A DNA stretch of 63,217 nt, filler included, from an uncultured bacterium (GTDB lineage: Bacteria > DYJV01), in assembly GCA_964543655.1 (NCBI GenBank). It is 4 parts of 4 records of this genome, joined end to end, with 100 filler letters (N's around TTAATTAATTAA, not from the genome) between each part and the next. Parts side by side here need not be neighbours in the genome. Positions count along the whole stretch, not along the records: positions 22,964 to 49,316 come from CAZIZE010000037.1; 3 more parts are not named here. The stretch is one strand, 5' to 3'. Below are positions 29,994 to 41,189 of this stretch, one piece after another (the first letter of the stretch is position 1; each line of letters starts with the position of its first letter). Both the position numbers and the translations under genes were made by a program. A model generated the notes under the pieces. It worked only from the letters and a program-made list of their open reading frames with translations, was not told the DNA's origin and did no database searches.

Positions 29994-31331
29994 TTATAAA
30001 AGATTTGAAGCAAGCTCTGCAAGCTGTGACCTTTCACCTTTTACCAATGTAATAGTGCCAAAAATATCGATATTTTTAAATTTTTCAACAACGTATATTA
30101 ATCCATTGTTGGTTGCATCAAGATAAGGTGTATCAACTTGATATGGGTCCCCAGTGAGAACTATTTTAGTATTTTCACCAGCTCTTGTAATAATTGTCTT
30201 AATTTCATGTGGTGTAAGATTTTGGGCTTCATCTACAATTAAATATTGATTAGAAATACTTCTTCCTCTAATATACGTTAGAGGTTCAAGCTCCACTATT
30301 TTTTTATCAAGAAGATATTTGTAATTATACTCATCACTACCAGACTGCACAAGAAAATCAAGGTTATCAAATATTGGCCCCATCCATGGGGATAATTTTG
30401 CTTCAACATCTCCTGGCAAAAAACCAAGGTCTTTACCAAGAGGAAATATAGGTCTTGATACTACTAATTTTTTATAAAGCTCTTCATCAAGCACCTGATT
30501 CAAACCTGCTGCAAGAGCAAGTAATGTTTTGCCTGTGCCAGCTTTACCCACAAGTGCAACAAGCTTTATTTCTGGATTAAGAAGTAGGTGCATAGAAAAT
30601 ATCTGCTCTTTATTACGTGGTTTTATACCCCAGACACTCTTTTCTTTTAACTTTGGAGCAATTAACTCAAGCAATTGCAAAGATTGGTTGTAAAATGCAA
30701 GAGCAGAGGAGTTACTACTATTTGATTTTAATAGAAAAAATTCATTACTCACAACATCTTCAATTTTTATTTCTTTAATTTCAATCTTCTTATTTTTATA
30801 AAGTTTTTCAATTATTGAATCAACTACCTCTATCTCTTTCCATCCAAAGAAATGCTCTTCAAACTTTCTTATATCTCGCTCTTCATAATCTCTTGCTTTT
30901 AAACCAAGTGAATTGGCTTTGATTCTGAGATTAATATCTTTAGTTAAAAAAATAACATCACTGTTGTTCTCATCATTCTCCTTAATACACATAGCTGTTG
31001 CAAGTATGCGATTATCACCTTCATCTCCCATAAAACAGTATGAGCAGAACGCATCAATACTTTTTTCAGGAATTTTTATATAAACAGTAGAACCATTGTC
31101 TATTTTAATGCCTTTAATAAGGTCCCCTTTATTTCTCAACTTTTCTATATTTCTTGAAAATTGCCTTGCATTTCTCCCACGTTCACTTAACTCTTTTTTA
31201 AATTTGTCAACTTCTTCTATAACTGTGATAGGTATAATTAGTTTCAAATGCTCACCATTAAATTTAAAAATACAATCTGGATCATAAAGTAAAACATTGG
31301 TATCAAAAACATAATAAACAGTTTTCATCAT
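29994..31331 (-). CDS. PhoH-family protein with N-terminal PIN domain (PhoH2)
   Basis: DTNV PIN, DNRIL, GKAGTGKT Walker A, RGRS, DEAQN. Confidence 0.92.
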   Translation of the reverse strand: MMKTVYYVFDTNVLLYDPDCIFKFNGEHLKLIIPITVIEEVDKFKKELSERGRNARQFSRNIEKLRNKGDLIKGIKIDNGSTVYIKIPEKSIDAFCSYCFMGDEGDNRILATAMCIKENDENNSDVIFLTKDINLRIKANSLGLKARDYEERDIRKFEEHFFGWKEIEVVDSIIEKLYKNKKIEIKEIKIEDVVSNEFFLLKSNSSNSSALAFYNQSLQLLELIAPKLKEKSVWGIKPRNKEQIFSMHLLLNPEIKLVALVGKAGTGKTLLALAAGLNQVLDEELYKKLVVSRPIFPLGKDLGFLPGDVEAKLSPWMGPIFDNLDFLVQSGSDEYNYKYLLDKKIVELEPLTYIRGRSISNQYLIVDEAQNLTPHEIKTIITRAGENTKIVLTGDPYQVDTPYLDATNNGLIYVVEKFKNIDIFGTITLVKGERSQLAELASNLL

Positions 31332-31342
31332 CTCCCCCAGTT

Positions 31343-32917
31343 TTAATCTTTCCTGACAAAAATCATTAATTTTCTATGTCCAAGACTCCTATTACATTTA
31401 TATTCATAATTTTTCAAAAAGTTTTTTACATCTTTATAAGATTTATCTTTTACTACAATAACTTTTATACCTTTATCAATAAATTTTTTTAAATCTTTAA
31501 AATTAATTGTGTGATAAATATGATTTTTTTTCAAGTAAAAATTAAAACCTGGATTATAAAAATTGAAAAATAAAATATTATCCCAATTTTTCTCATATTT
31601 ATTCATCTCTTCAATAAATACCTTGGGGCTTTTTAAATGATTAAAAAGAGGAAAAACAAAAGCATAAACATTAAAAAGAGATATGCACCAGGTAAAGTAT
31701 AATGTAACAATTTTATATGAAAATTTAAATTGTCTGTTATACTTTAATAGAAATATAGATGTCCATAAACTTATAGCAGATAAAACTGTAACTATAACAT
31801 GAATTTTATGAAATTTATAATAAAAATAGATAGGCAAACCAATTGATAAAAGTATAATTGCAGTGCAAATTAATACAAATGGATATTTAAATAATTTACT
31901 GGTTTCATACATTCCTTTGCTAAAATAGTAACCAAATATTATTGCCATTGCAGGATATAGAGGGAGCAAGTATAATCCTCTTTTCTCAGTTGAAAAGCTC
32001 ATAAAAATAAAGTTAATAAAAAACCAGAGAATAAACCATACTAACCTGCTATCTATTTTTTCCTTTTTATTAAAAATTCCATATTTGAATAGAAATGGCA
32101 AAAAAAGCGCCCATGGCATAAAATCAAGGGGAAACATGTAAAAATAGTAGAAAAAATTCCTTGGATGATTAATTCCATGTGCGTATCTCTCAATGGTATG
32201 TTTAAATATAAGAGCTTCTGTGTACTCTTTGCCTCCTGCAATACCTGCTGGAACAAGCCATGCAGCAATCACTACAAGAATGATAATTAAACCTGAAAAC
32301 CATGGTGTAGTTTTAAGTAATTTTCTATCATTTTTTATAAATATGTATGATACAAATGTTAAAAATGGAAAAATAAAAGATAGGGGACCTTTTGCAATTA
32401 CTCCAATACCTTGGAAAAAACAGGAAAGGAGGAAATAAAATCTCCGTTTCTCCTTATATAAAATTCCAAAGTGAAGAAAAATAAAAGCTATTAATATAAT
32501 AAGTGTAAAAAGAGCATCAATATTGCAACGTCTTGAAAGATGCATCATTGTAACAGTAGAGGAAAGAACAAGAGCAGAGAAAAAACCTGCTTTTTTATTG
32601 AAAATTTTTGCTGCATAAAAATATGTGAGAATTACAGTTAAAAATCCACTAATAGCAGGTACAAGCCTTACAACCCACTCTTTATGGCTGTGAAAGAGAT
32701 TCATAACACCAGCAATACACCAGAAAAAAAGAGGAGGTTTATGGCCATATATTACACCATTTAAATGTGGAACAAGGTAATTTTTAAGTGCAATCATCTC
32801 TCTTGCAACTTCAACATACCTTGGTTCATCAGGATTCCATAGATCAATAACTCCAAGAAATCCAAAGTATAAACAAGCTGTAATTACACATAAAAAAAAG
32901 AATCTCACCTTTGACAT
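31343..32917 (-). CDS. ArnT-like membrane glycosyltransferase (PMT/GT83-type)
   Basis: DEPRY, AREM, KPPL, KGPL, YLLPLYP; many TM helices. Confidence 0.85.
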   Translation of the reverse strand: MSKVRFFFLCVITACLYFGFLGVIDLWNPDEPRYVEVAREMIALKNYLVPHLNGVIYGHKPPLFFWCIAGVMNLFHSHKEWVVRLVPAISGFLTVILTYFYAAKIFNKKAGFFSALVLSSTVTMMHLSRRCNIDALFTLIILIAFIFLHFGILYKEKRRFYFLLSCFFQGIGVIAKGPLSFIFPFLTFVSYIFIKNDRKLLKTTPWFSGLIIILVVIAAWLVPAGIAGGKEYTEALIFKHTIERYAHGINHPRNFFYYFYMFPLDFMPWALFLPFLFKYGIFNKKEKIDSRLVWFILWFFINFIFMSFSTEKRGLYLLPLYPAMAIIFGYYFSKGMYETSKLFKYPFVLICTAIILLSIGLPIYFYYKFHKIHVIVTVLSAISLWTSIFLLKYNRQFKFSYKIVTLYFTWCISLFNVYAFVFPLFNHLKSPKVFIEEMNKYEKNWDNILFFNFYNPGFNFYLKKNHIYHTINFKDLKKFIDKGIKVIVVKDKSYKDVKNFLKNYEYKCNRSLGHRKLMIFVRKD

Positions 32918-33691
32918 TTACACAGCTCCCAAAACTGAATTAAGCAGTTTTTTAGAATAATCTGTTTCAGGATTATTAAAAAACTCCTCTGCATCTTTAT
33001 TTTCAATAAGTTTTCCCTGTTTCATTACAACAATTCTTGTGGCAATAAAACGTATTACACTTAAATCATGAGTTATAAATACCATGGTTAAACTGAATTT
33101 TTCATGAAGTTCTTTTAAGAGGTTTAATATCTGTGCTTGAATGGAAACATCAAGAGAAGAGGTTGGTTCATCAGCTATAATAAACTCCGGATTCAATATT
33201 AAACTTCTTGCAATTGCTGCTCTTTGACATTGTCCACCACTGAGCTGATGTGGGTAACTATTGTAAAAATCTGACTTTAACCCACATTGCTCCATTACTT
33301 CAATTGCTTTCTCCTTTCTTTCTTTGCTATTCCCAATATTATGAATTAAAAGTGGCTCCTCAATAGATTTACCGATTTTTATTCTTGGATTAAAAGATGA
33401 AAATGGATTCTGAAAAATGTATTGCGAGTTTTTTCTGAAATTTTTAAATTCTGTTTTACTTAATTCCCAAATATTTCTCCCTTTGTAAAAAATACTCCCT
33501 CTGTCAGGCTTTTCAAGGCCAATTAATAATCTTGCAACAGTAGATTTGCCAGAGCCACTTTCACCAACAAGACCAATAATCTCTTTCTTTTCAATATTTA
33601 TGCTAAAATTATTTACAGCTGTAATTTTTTCTCTTTTTCCAAAAATTTTACTGCTATAATAAAATCTACTTATTTTGTCAGCATTTAGCAT
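32918..33691 (-). CDS. Peptide/nickel ABC transporter ATP-binding protein (OppF/DppF-like)
   Basis: [26 protein letters not shown]. Confidence 0.9.
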   Translation of the reverse strand: MLNADKISRFYYSSKIFGKREKITAVNNFSINIEKKEIIGLVGESGSGKSTVARLLIGLEKPDRGSIFYKGRNIWELSKTEFKNFRKNSQYIFQNPFSSFNPRIKIGKSIEEPLLIHNIGNSKERKEKAIEVMEQCGLKSDFYNSYPHQLSGGQCQRAAIARSLILNPEFIIADEPTSSLDVSIQAQILNLLKELHEKFSLTMVFITHDLSVIRFIATRIVVMKQGKLIENKDAEEFFNNPETDYSKKLLNSVLGAV

Positions 33692-34377
33692 TTACTTAAT
33701 GAATCTATTATTGATTGGAATATCATTTTACCATCAATGTTTCCAAGAATTTCCTCAGAGCATCTCTCTGGATGAGGCATCATTCCAAGCACATTTTTAT
33801 CTCTGTTGCAAATTCCGGCTATTGAATAAAGTGAACCATTTGGATTGAATCTATTATCAACCTCTCCAGATTCATTGCTATATCTGAAAATAATTTGATT
33901 ATTTTTTTGCAACTTATCTAAAGTAGTATTATCACAGTAAAAACATCCATCTTTGTGGGCAATGGGTATTTTAATAACTTCTTTGCACTTGATAGTAAAA
34001 GGAGTTTCTCTGTTTTCAACTTTTAAGTAAACATTTTTACAGATAAAGTTTAATGATTTGTTTCTAATTAAAACACCATCAAGCAAACCAGATTCTGTAA
34101 GTATCTGAAAACCATTGCATATCCCAATAACAAGACCACCTGATGATGCAAATTCTTTGACTCTTTTTATAACAGGAGAGAGTTTTGCAATGCCACCTGG
34201 CCGCAAATAATCACCATATGAAAAGCCACCAGGAAGTATAATGCAATCAAAATCTCCAAGTGGATTATCATTTTTGTGCCAGATTCTCTCTGCTTCAATG
34301 CCAAAAACTTTATTTATCACATAGAGACAATCATCATCGCAATTTGACCCTGGAAACGTTATAACACCAAATTTCAT
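33685..34377 (-). CDS. purQ: FGAM synthase glutaminase subunit
   Basis: FPGSNC, GGFSYGD, GICNGFQ, MPHPER. Confidence 0.97.
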   Translation of the reverse strand: MKFGVITFPGSNCDDDCLYVINKVFGIEAERIWHKNDNPLGDFDCIILPGGFSYGDYLRPGGIAKLSPVIKRVKEFASSGGLVIGICNGFQILTESGLLDGVLIRNKSLNFICKNVYLKVENRETPFTIKCKEVIKIPIAHKDGCFYCDNTTLDKLQKNNQIIFRYSNESGEVDNRFNPNGSLYSIAGICNRDKNVLGMMPHPERCSEEILGNIDGKMIFQSIIDSLSKC

Positions 34378-34386
34378 TAATTCCCC

Positions 34387-34641
34387 CTAACTATTTTCTA
34401 TAATTTCATACTTGTAAACTTCCATTATAGGGTTGGATAAGACTTTTTCAGATATTTCTTTTATTTTTCTTTCAATAACATTTTTATCTGTTATTTGGTC
34501 ACTTATCTTTATTTCAAAATATTTCCCAACTCTTACATCCTCAAATTCAGTATAACCAAGAGATTTCAACGATTCATGTACTGCTTTTCCCTGTGGGTCC
34601 AATACACCTTTTTTGTATGATACATAAATTTTAACTAACAT
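34387..34641 (-). CDS. purS: FGAM synthase PurS subunit
   Basis: VLDPQG, VRVGK, LSNPIME; ATG 34641 with GGAGG SD. Confidence 0.95.
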   Translation of the reverse strand: MLVKIYVSYKKGVLDPQGKAVHESLKSLGYTEFEDVRVGKYFEIKISDQITDKNVIERKIKEISEKVLSNPIMEVYKYEIIENS

Positions 34642-34664
34642 TGCTCCTCCAGATAATTTATTGT

Positions 34665-34694
34665 AAAAAGGCAAAAAGGAACCCCTTTTTGCCT
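34665..34694 (-). terminator. Rho-independent terminator after the acetoacetate-CoA ligase gene
   Basis: Minus strand AGGCAAAAAGG-GGTT-CCTTTTTGCCT 11-bp stem followed by T run. Confidence 0.75.
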
Positions 34695-34702
34695 ATATAT
34701 TT

Positions 34703-36664
34703 TTAATTCTGCAATTCAGGGATATTTTTGTAAAGGTCAAGTGATTCTGGGTTTGCAAGAGCATCCCTGTTAGTAACATCTTCTCCATGAATGATTTTTG
34801 TAACAGCAATTTCAACTTTTTTACCATTTAATGTGTATGGAATATCATCAATTGCAATTATTTTCGCTGGCACATGACGAGGAGTTGTTTCCTGTCTAAT
34901 TTTTGTTTTGATTTTTTTTATTAAATCATCTGTTAATTCATATCCTTCCCTTAAAATTACAAATAAAATAACCCTAACATCATCTTGCCAATGCTGACCA
35001 ACAACAAGGCTATCCTTAATTTCATCAATAGATTCAACAACTCTGTAAATTTCAGCAGTGCCTATTCTAACACCACCTGGATTCAAAGTAGCATCTGACC
35101 TTCCATAAATTATTACTCCACCATGAGGAGTTATCTCTATATAATCTCCATGACGCCAAACATTCTTATCTTTATAATATTCAAAATATGATGCTTTATA
35201 TTTTGCAAAATTTTCATCACCCCAGAAATATATGGGCATAGATGGTGCAGGTTTGGTACAAACAAGCTCTCCTTTTTTGCCAATAACAGGATTGCCATTT
35301 TCATCCCAAGCTTCAACAGCCATTCCAAGCCCCCTACACTGAATTTCTCCAAGATAAACAGGTAAAATTGGACATCCAAGAACAAAGCATGATATAATGT
35401 CAGTGCCACCTGAAATTGAAGCAAGCTGAACATCTTTTTTTATTTTTGAATATACATATTCAAAATTTTCTATTGTCAATGGAGAGCCAGTGGAGCAAAT
35501 TGTTTTAATTTTACTAAGATCGCAGGTGCCCTCAGCCTGAAAACCTTCCTTTTCCATAATTGAAATAAATTTTGCACTTGTGCCAAAAACAGTAATTCCT
35601 GTCTCCTCTGCAAGCTTCCAAAGCACTGAAATATCAGGATAAGCAGGATTACCATCATACAGAACAAGTGTAGAGCCAACAAATAATCCACTAACAAGCC
35701 AGTTCCACATCATCCAGCCACAGGTAGTAAAATAGAATAATACGTCATCTTCTTTTAAATCAGTGTGAATTATATGCTCTTTAGCATGCTGAATTAAAGT
35801 GCCACCTGTGCCATGGCAGATACATTTAGGTGTACCTGTTGTACCTGATGAATAAAGAATGTATAGAGGATGGTTAAAAGGCACCTGAACAAAATCTATT
35901 GTTTCTGCTGAGTTATTAATAAAATCGTGGAAATTTATTGCATCTCTTACCTGTGAAATATCAGGATTGTCAGTTGTATATGGAACAACAACAACTTTTT
36001 TTATTGATTTAATTTCATTTAAAACAGTTTTAACTCTATCAAGAGAATTAAACGTTTTACCATTGTAAAAGTAGCCATCTGCTGTAAAAAGAACAGTAGG
36101 CTCAATCTGACCAAATCTGTCCATTACACCTTTAAAACCAAAATCTGGAGAGCAGGATGACCATATTGCACCAAGACTGGTGGCTGCAAGCATTGCCATA
36201 ACAGTCTCTGGCATATTAGGCATAAATCCAGCAACTCTGTCACCTTTTTTTACACCAGCATCTTTTAATGCCTGTGCAAGTTTAGCTACTTTACTGTAAA
36301 GCTCCTTATAAGAGATAGTTCTAATAGGTTGTCCTTCACCTTTAAATATTAGTGCAGGTTTATCTTTATCAGCATGTCTGAGAAGATTCTCTGCAAAGTT
36401 TAATTCGGCGCCAACAAACCATTCTGCTCCTGGCATCTTGGTACTGCCAAGCACCTTATCATGCTTTTTAGAATATTTAATACCAACCCAGTCAGAAACA
36501 GATTCCCAGAAATTTTCAAGATCATTAATTGACCATTGATAAAGCTCGTCATAATTTTTGAAATTTTTCCCATACTTTTCATTAACATATGAAATATACT
36601 TCATAATGTTGGAATTTTTAATTCTTTCTTCAGATGGATACCAGATAGGTTTTTTACAACTCAT
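34703..36664 (-). CDS. Acetoacetate-CoA ligase
   Basis: LNFAENLL, YSSGTTGTPK, TTCGWMMWNW, SISGGTD, GRSDATLNPGGVRIGT. Confidence 0.93.
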   Translation of the reverse strand: MSCKKPIWYPSEERIKNSNIMKYISYVNEKYGKNFKNYDELYQWSINDLENFWESVSDWVGIKYSKKHDKVLGSTKMPGAEWFVGAELNFAENLLRHADKDKPALIFKGEGQPIRTISYKELYSKVAKLAQALKDAGVKKGDRVAGFMPNMPETVMAMLAATSLGAIWSSCSPDFGFKGVMDRFGQIEPTVLFTADGYFYNGKTFNSLDRVKTVLNEIKSIKKVVVVPYTTDNPDISQVRDAINFHDFINNSAETIDFVQVPFNHPLYILYSSGTTGTPKCICHGTGGTLIQHAKEHIIHTDLKEDDVLFYFTTCGWMMWNWLVSGLFVGSTLVLYDGNPAYPDISVLWKLAEETGITVFGTSAKFISIMEKEGFQAEGTCDLSKIKTICSTGSPLTIENFEYVYSKIKKDVQLASISGGTDIISCFVLGCPILPVYLGEIQCRGLGMAVEAWDENGNPVIGKKGELVCTKPAPSMPIYFWGDENFAKYKASYFEYYKDKNVWRHGDYIEITPHGGVIIYGRSDATLNPGGVRIGTAEIYRVVESIDEIKDSLVVGQHWQDDVRVILFVILREGYELTDDLIKKIKTKIRQETTPRHVPAKIIAIDDIPYTLNGKKVEIAVTKIIHGEDVTNRDALANPESLDLYKNIPELQN

Positions 36665-36689
36665 ATTTCTCCTCCTAAAATTTATTAAA

Positions 36690-37595
36690 TTACTGTAACT
36701 TATAATTAACTGTTATTAAATTGTTAATAATACTTTTTATAATGGTTTGTTCAGAGGAAGTTAAAAGCTTATCTATAAAGCTTTTCTTCTCCTCTGGATA
36801 AACTAAGTGAGGTTTTTCTTTAAATTTTACTTCCTTTTTAATTAATGTTACTAAATCTGAAAAATTTCCAAGACCATCAATTAATTTTAGCTTTAAAGCT
36901 TGAGTGCCAGTGAAGATTCTACCATCAGCAATTTTCTTTAATTGTTCTATAGGTATATTCCTTGCCTTTGCCACATCAGAAACAAATTGATTATAAATTG
37001 AATTAATAACATTTTGCAAAAGCTTTCTATCATCCTCTGTTATAGGTCTAAATGGATTCCCTACATCTTTATATTTGCCACTTTTAACAACAATAGCTTT
37101 AATACCCAATTTGTTGAATAATTTATCAAAATTAGTAAATTCAATAATCACACCTATACTTCCAGTAATTGTGCCTGGATTAGCAATAATTTTATTACAT
37201 GCTGAAGCTATATAGTATGCTCCTGAGGCTGCAACACTCTGCATATATGCATAAACTTTTTTCTTCTTACGAATTTTTAGAATTTCTCTATAAATTTCTT
37301 GAGATGGAACAACAGCACCACCGGGAGAGTTTATTTTAATTACTATTGCTTTAATATTTCCATTATCTCTGTATTTATCAAGCTGCTCAATAAAATCTTT
37401 GCTACCTGTAATAACACCATTGAGATTAATTACACCTATACTATCTTTTTTTACAGCTAAATTCTCATTTTCCATTCCATTTGTTAGTGCAGAAATTATC
37501 AACATTAACAAGCCTATGAAAATTATAAAGGTAAAAAGCACAGTGAAAAATATTTTAACAAGGGGATGTTCAAAAAATTGTCTAAACATTGCCAC
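36690..37595 (-). CDS. sppA: Signal peptide peptidase SppA (short type)
   Basis: INSPGG, AASGAYY, TGSIGV, DGRIFTG. Confidence 0.92.
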   Translation of the reverse strand: MAMFRQFFEHPLVKIFFTVLFTFIIFIGLLMLIISALTNGMENENLAVKKDSIGVINLNGVITGSKDFIEQLDKYRDNGNIKAIVIKINSPGGAVVPSQEIYREILKIRKKKKVYAYMQSVAASGAYYIASACNKIIANPGTITGSIGVIIEFTNFDKLFNKLGIKAIVVKSGKYKDVGNPFRPITEDDRKLLQNVINSIYNQFVSDVAKARNIPIEQLKKIADGRIFTGTQALKLKLIDGLGNFSDLVTLIKKEVKFKEKPHLVYPEEKKSFIDKLLTSSEQTIIKSIINNLITVNYKLQ

Positions 37596-38577
37596 CTGCC
37601 GTAAACAGATAGTAAAAAGTAAAAATATATAAAATTATAACTGCAATAGAATCAAGCCCAAATCTCATAAATCTCTTTTCTGATTTATAAATCATTCCAG
37701 CTACAATAATACTTGTCACCATAATAAAAATTGTAGAAGTTAAAAGATTAATATGGGACGCATCTGTATAAAGTGAGCCTGTACCTGAATGATAAAAAAA
37801 ATCAGAAAAACCCAAAATAGAAATATTAAAAAAATTGCTGCCTAAAATATTTCCACCTGCCATGCTAATTGCTCCAAGCTTAATAGCTGAAACAGAGACA
37901 ACTATCTCTGGCAGAGATGTTGCCAGTGCAAGAAATAACGAGCCAACAAAAGTTGCTCCTAACCCTGTAATTTTTGATATTTCATCACATGCATATGTGA
38001 TACTAATACCTGCTGCAACAATTAATGCAGCATTAATAATGAAGATAAAAACAATTTTTTGTAAACTTATATCAATATTGTTAGTTTCGTTCTGACTGAG
38101 CTTCTCCTTTTTGGCATTTCTATAAAGAATAAATGAGCCAAAAACATAGATTAGCAGAATAAAAATTGTGTAAATACTGAAACTATTGAAAAAAACATAA
38201 TCTCTACCTGTAATTATTCCAAGAACAGCAATAGCGGTAATTATAATTGAAAAACAGGCTGTTAAAACATTACCCTTATCAAAAACCCTTATAACATCAT
38301 CTTTTCTAATGAAAATATCACAAAAACTTAAAACAGTAAGATTTAACAGATTGCTACCAAGGATATTTCCCCATGCAAGATCAACTTCTTTTACAAATTT
38401 TACAGATGAAATTGTAGTTATAAGCTCAGGGAGCGATGTTACAGCTCCCAAAAGAATCACTCCTATAAAACCTTTACCAAGCCCTGTTTTGTCAGCTAAT
38501 ATATCACCATATTGAGAAAGTTTCCTCCCACAATAAAATATTATAATTAATGAAATTGCAAATTTGAGCCATACCAT
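37582..38577 (-). CDS. Cation:Ca2+ antiporter family protein
   Basis: Two alpha repeats, each TSLPE...GNILGSN. Confidence 0.88.
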   Translation of the reverse strand: MVWLKFAISLIIIFYCGRKLSQYGDILADKTGLGKGFIGVILLGAVTSLPELITTISSVKFVKEVDLAWGNILGSNLLNLTVLSFCDIFIRKDDVIRVFDKGNVLTACFSIIITAIAVLGIITGRDYVFFNSFSIYTIFILLIYVFGSFILYRNAKKEKLSQNETNNIDISLQKIVFIFIINAALIVAAGISITYACDEISKITGLGATFVGSLFLALATSLPEIVVSVSAIKLGAISMAGGNILGSNFFNISILGFSDFFYHSGTGSLYTDASHINLLTSTIFIMVTSIIVAGMIYKSEKRFMRFGLDSIAVIILYIFTFYYLFTAGGNV

Positions 38578-38587
38578 AAGTAAACAA

Positions 38588-40264
38588 CTAAATTGTCAAA
38601 ATATCCCCAATTTTAGCAAGAGGTTCATCTACTTTTTTATATTGCTGAATCTCTTTTTCTTCTTCTTTCATTAAGTAATCTTTAATGCTGAGGGAAATTT
38701 TCCTCTGCTCTCTGTCAATATTTTTAATTACAGCAGTAACCTTATCCCCAACCTTATATATATCTTCTGGATTTTTTACCCGCTCAGTGGAAATCTGAGA
38801 AATATGAACAAGTCCTTCAATATCATCTCCAAGGTTAACAAATAATCCAAAAGATTCTATATTGGTAATAGGCCCCTCAATAATATCTCCCTCTTTATGT
38901 GTTTCAGCAAATTTGGCAAAGGGATCATCAAATAGATGTTTAATACTAACATGAAACTTTTTATTTTCTTTATCAAGCTCAATAATAATTCCTTCTACTT
39001 CCTGGCCAACTTTAAAAGTATCTTTTAAATCAACAAATCTTTTTGTCCATGAAATATCATTTTTATGAATAAATGCATTTTCATCTTCTCCAACATCAAC
39101 AAATAGGCCAAATGGACTGATACTTTTAACAATACCTTTAACCTTATCCCCAACTTTATATTTAGATTCTAAAACTTCCCACGGAGTAGGCATTATAGCT
39201 TTTAAGCTAAGAGATATTCTTTTATCTTCAATATTCACATCTTTAACCATAACTTCAACAATTTCACCTATCTGCAAAATTTTAGATGGATGAATTTTTT
39301 TCCTTGTCCAGCTCATTTCAGATACATGTAAAAGTCCATCCACTCCAGGCTCCAATTCAATAAAAGCACCAAAATCTTGAATTGAAACAACTTTGCCTTT
39401 CACCTTTTTGCCTATTGCATACTTTTCATTGGCATTTTCCCATGGATTTGGGTTAATATGTTTAATTGATAAAATGATTCTATCTTTCTCTTTATCAAGC
39501 TCAATAATTTTACACTTAATAATATCACCTTTTCTGAGATAATTTTTCGCTGATTTAACTCTACCCCAGCTTATATTTGATGCAGGTAAAAAACCATGAA
39601 TATTTGCTCCAAAATCTATTGTAGCACCTTCATCTTTAACATAGTCTATTTTACCTTCTATAATTTTATCAAGTTCAAGATTTGCATAAATTTTCTCTTT
39701 TTTCCTATTAATACTCTCTTCTAACAATGATTTTCTGTCAAGAACTACATTAAAATTCTTCTCATTAACACTGATAATTTTAAAATCGTAATATCTATTA
39801 AGAAAAAAATTGAGATTTTTAACTGGTCTAATATCAGCAAGGGAGTATGGTAAAAATGCTTTAATCCCTTTTAGGTCAACTTCAAAACCACCATTAACTT
39901 TTTTGGTAACAAAGCCATTAATTACTCTGCCATCTTCGTAAAATTCTTTGATTTTTCCCCATGCCACTAATTGAACAGCCTTTTTCCTTGATAATCTAAT
40001 CCTTCCAAACCCATCCTCTTTGCTAACTACAAAAACTTCAACCTCTTCACCAGGTTTAACTGTTATTTCACCTTTCTCATTAGTAAATTCATGTAATGGT
40101 ACAAAACCTTCAGACTTAAATCCAACATTAATCATAACCCCTTTGTCCTGAACTTCAATTACTGTGCCTTTTATTATTGTCTTTTCTTCAATTTGAAGCT
40201 CTTCAAGGCTTTTTTCAAATAATTCTTGAAAATTTTCATCTTGATTAGTTTTTACTTCCTCCAT
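38588..40264 (-). CDS. rpsA: 30S ribosomal protein S1
   Basis: Repeated S1 domains (FGAFIEL..GVDGLLHVSE, RISLSLK). Confidence 0.95.
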   Translation of the reverse strand: MEEVKTNQDENFQELFEKSLEELQIEEKTIIKGTVIEVQDKGVMINVGFKSEGFVPLHEFTNEKGEITVKPGEEVEVFVVSKEDGFGRIRLSRKKAVQLVAWGKIKEFYEDGRVINGFVTKKVNGGFEVDLKGIKAFLPYSLADIRPVKNLNFFLNRYYDFKIISVNEKNFNVVLDRKSLLEESINRKKEKIYANLELDKIIEGKIDYVKDEGATIDFGANIHGFLPASNISWGRVKSAKNYLRKGDIIKCKIIELDKEKDRIILSIKHINPNPWENANEKYAIGKKVKGKVVSIQDFGAFIELEPGVDGLLHVSEMSWTRKKIHPSKILQIGEIVEVMVKDVNIEDKRISLSLKAIMPTPWEVLESKYKVGDKVKGIVKSISPFGLFVDVGEDENAFIHKNDISWTKRFVDLKDTFKVGQEVEGIIIELDKENKKFHVSIKHLFDDPFAKFAETHKEGDIIEGPITNIESFGLFVNLGDDIEGLVHISQISTERVKNPEDIYKVGDKVTAVIKNIDREQRKISLSIKDYLMKEEEKEIQQYKKVDEPLAKIGDILTI

Positions 40265-40331
40265 TTATTTATATCCTCCTCTTTTTTAAATTTCCTCAAA
40301 AAAAATTAATTACCACAATGAATTGAATAAA

Positions 40332-41189
40332 TCAAAACATTTTTATTGCCTGAACTACATCATCAATTACAAATTGTGGAGTAGAAGCACCTGCTGTGAT
40401 TCCTGCTATTTTTTTATTTTTAAACCACTCTTTTTGTAATTCATTTTTATTTTCAATATGGAAAACATCATCTAAATGCTTTAAAGATAATTCTTTCAAT
40501 CTTGTGGTGTTTGCACTATGCTTGCCACCTATTACTATCATTATATCAACTTTTTTAGCTACATTAAGTGTCTCTTTCTGTCTTTTTGAAGTAGCATCGC
40601 AGATTGTATTAAAAATCCTGATTTCACTTTTTAATTTTAATAATTTATTGCATATAGAACTAAAATTTTTATAATCCTGAGTTGTCTGAGCAACTACACC
40701 AATTTTCTTTTTATTCATTTTTAAAAATTCTTTTAATTCTTTGCTCTTAGGTGATGAAATTATTAATGAGCTTTTTGGTTCAGTAAAACTGTAAATAGCC
40801 TTAACTTCTGGATGATTGTTGTCACCAACAATAATAATAAAATATTTTTCCTTAACAAGCTTTTTTACAATATTATGAATTTTTTTTACAAATGGACATA
40901 TTGCATCAATTATTATATTGTTATTCTCAGTTAAAGTTTCTATAATATGTTTCTCAACTCCATGAGACCTTAAAATCACAACACTATCTTTAATTCTATT
41001 AATATCTTTAATGTCAACTGGCTCAATATTTTTCTCTTTTAATTTTTTTACTATATCATTATTGTGAATAATATGGCCTATTGTGTATATTTTCTGATTA
41101 TTATACCTCTGGGATATCTCTAAAGCCTTATCTACAGCTCTTTTAACTCCAAAACAAAAACCACCTGATTTAACTATTAAAATCTCCAT
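40332..41189 (-). CDS. ispH: 4-hydroxy-3-methylbut-2-enyl diphosphate reductase
   Basis: GFCFGV, IHN, SHG, CPFV, TICDAT, SANT, TAGASTP. Confidence 0.96.
   Translation of the reverse strand: MEILIVKSGGFCFGVKRAVDKALEISQRYNNQKIYTIGHIIHNNDIVKKLKEKNIEPVDIKDINRIKDSVVILRSHGVEKHIIETLTENNNIIIDAICPFVKKIHNIVKKLVKEKYFIIIVGDNNHPEVKAIYSFTEPKSSLIISSPKSKELKEFLKMNKKKIGVVAQTTQDYKNFSSICNKLLKLKSEIRIFNTICDATSKRQKETLNVAKKVDIMIVIGGKHSANTTRLKELSLKHLDDVFHIENKNELQKEWFKNKKIAGITAGASTPQFVIDDVVQAIKMF

Noticed and set aside
29994..31331. PIN-PhoH protein as a toxin-antitoxin or defence system
   Set aside because: Widespread PhoH2 architecture in a housekeeping context with no small antitoxin gene beside it.
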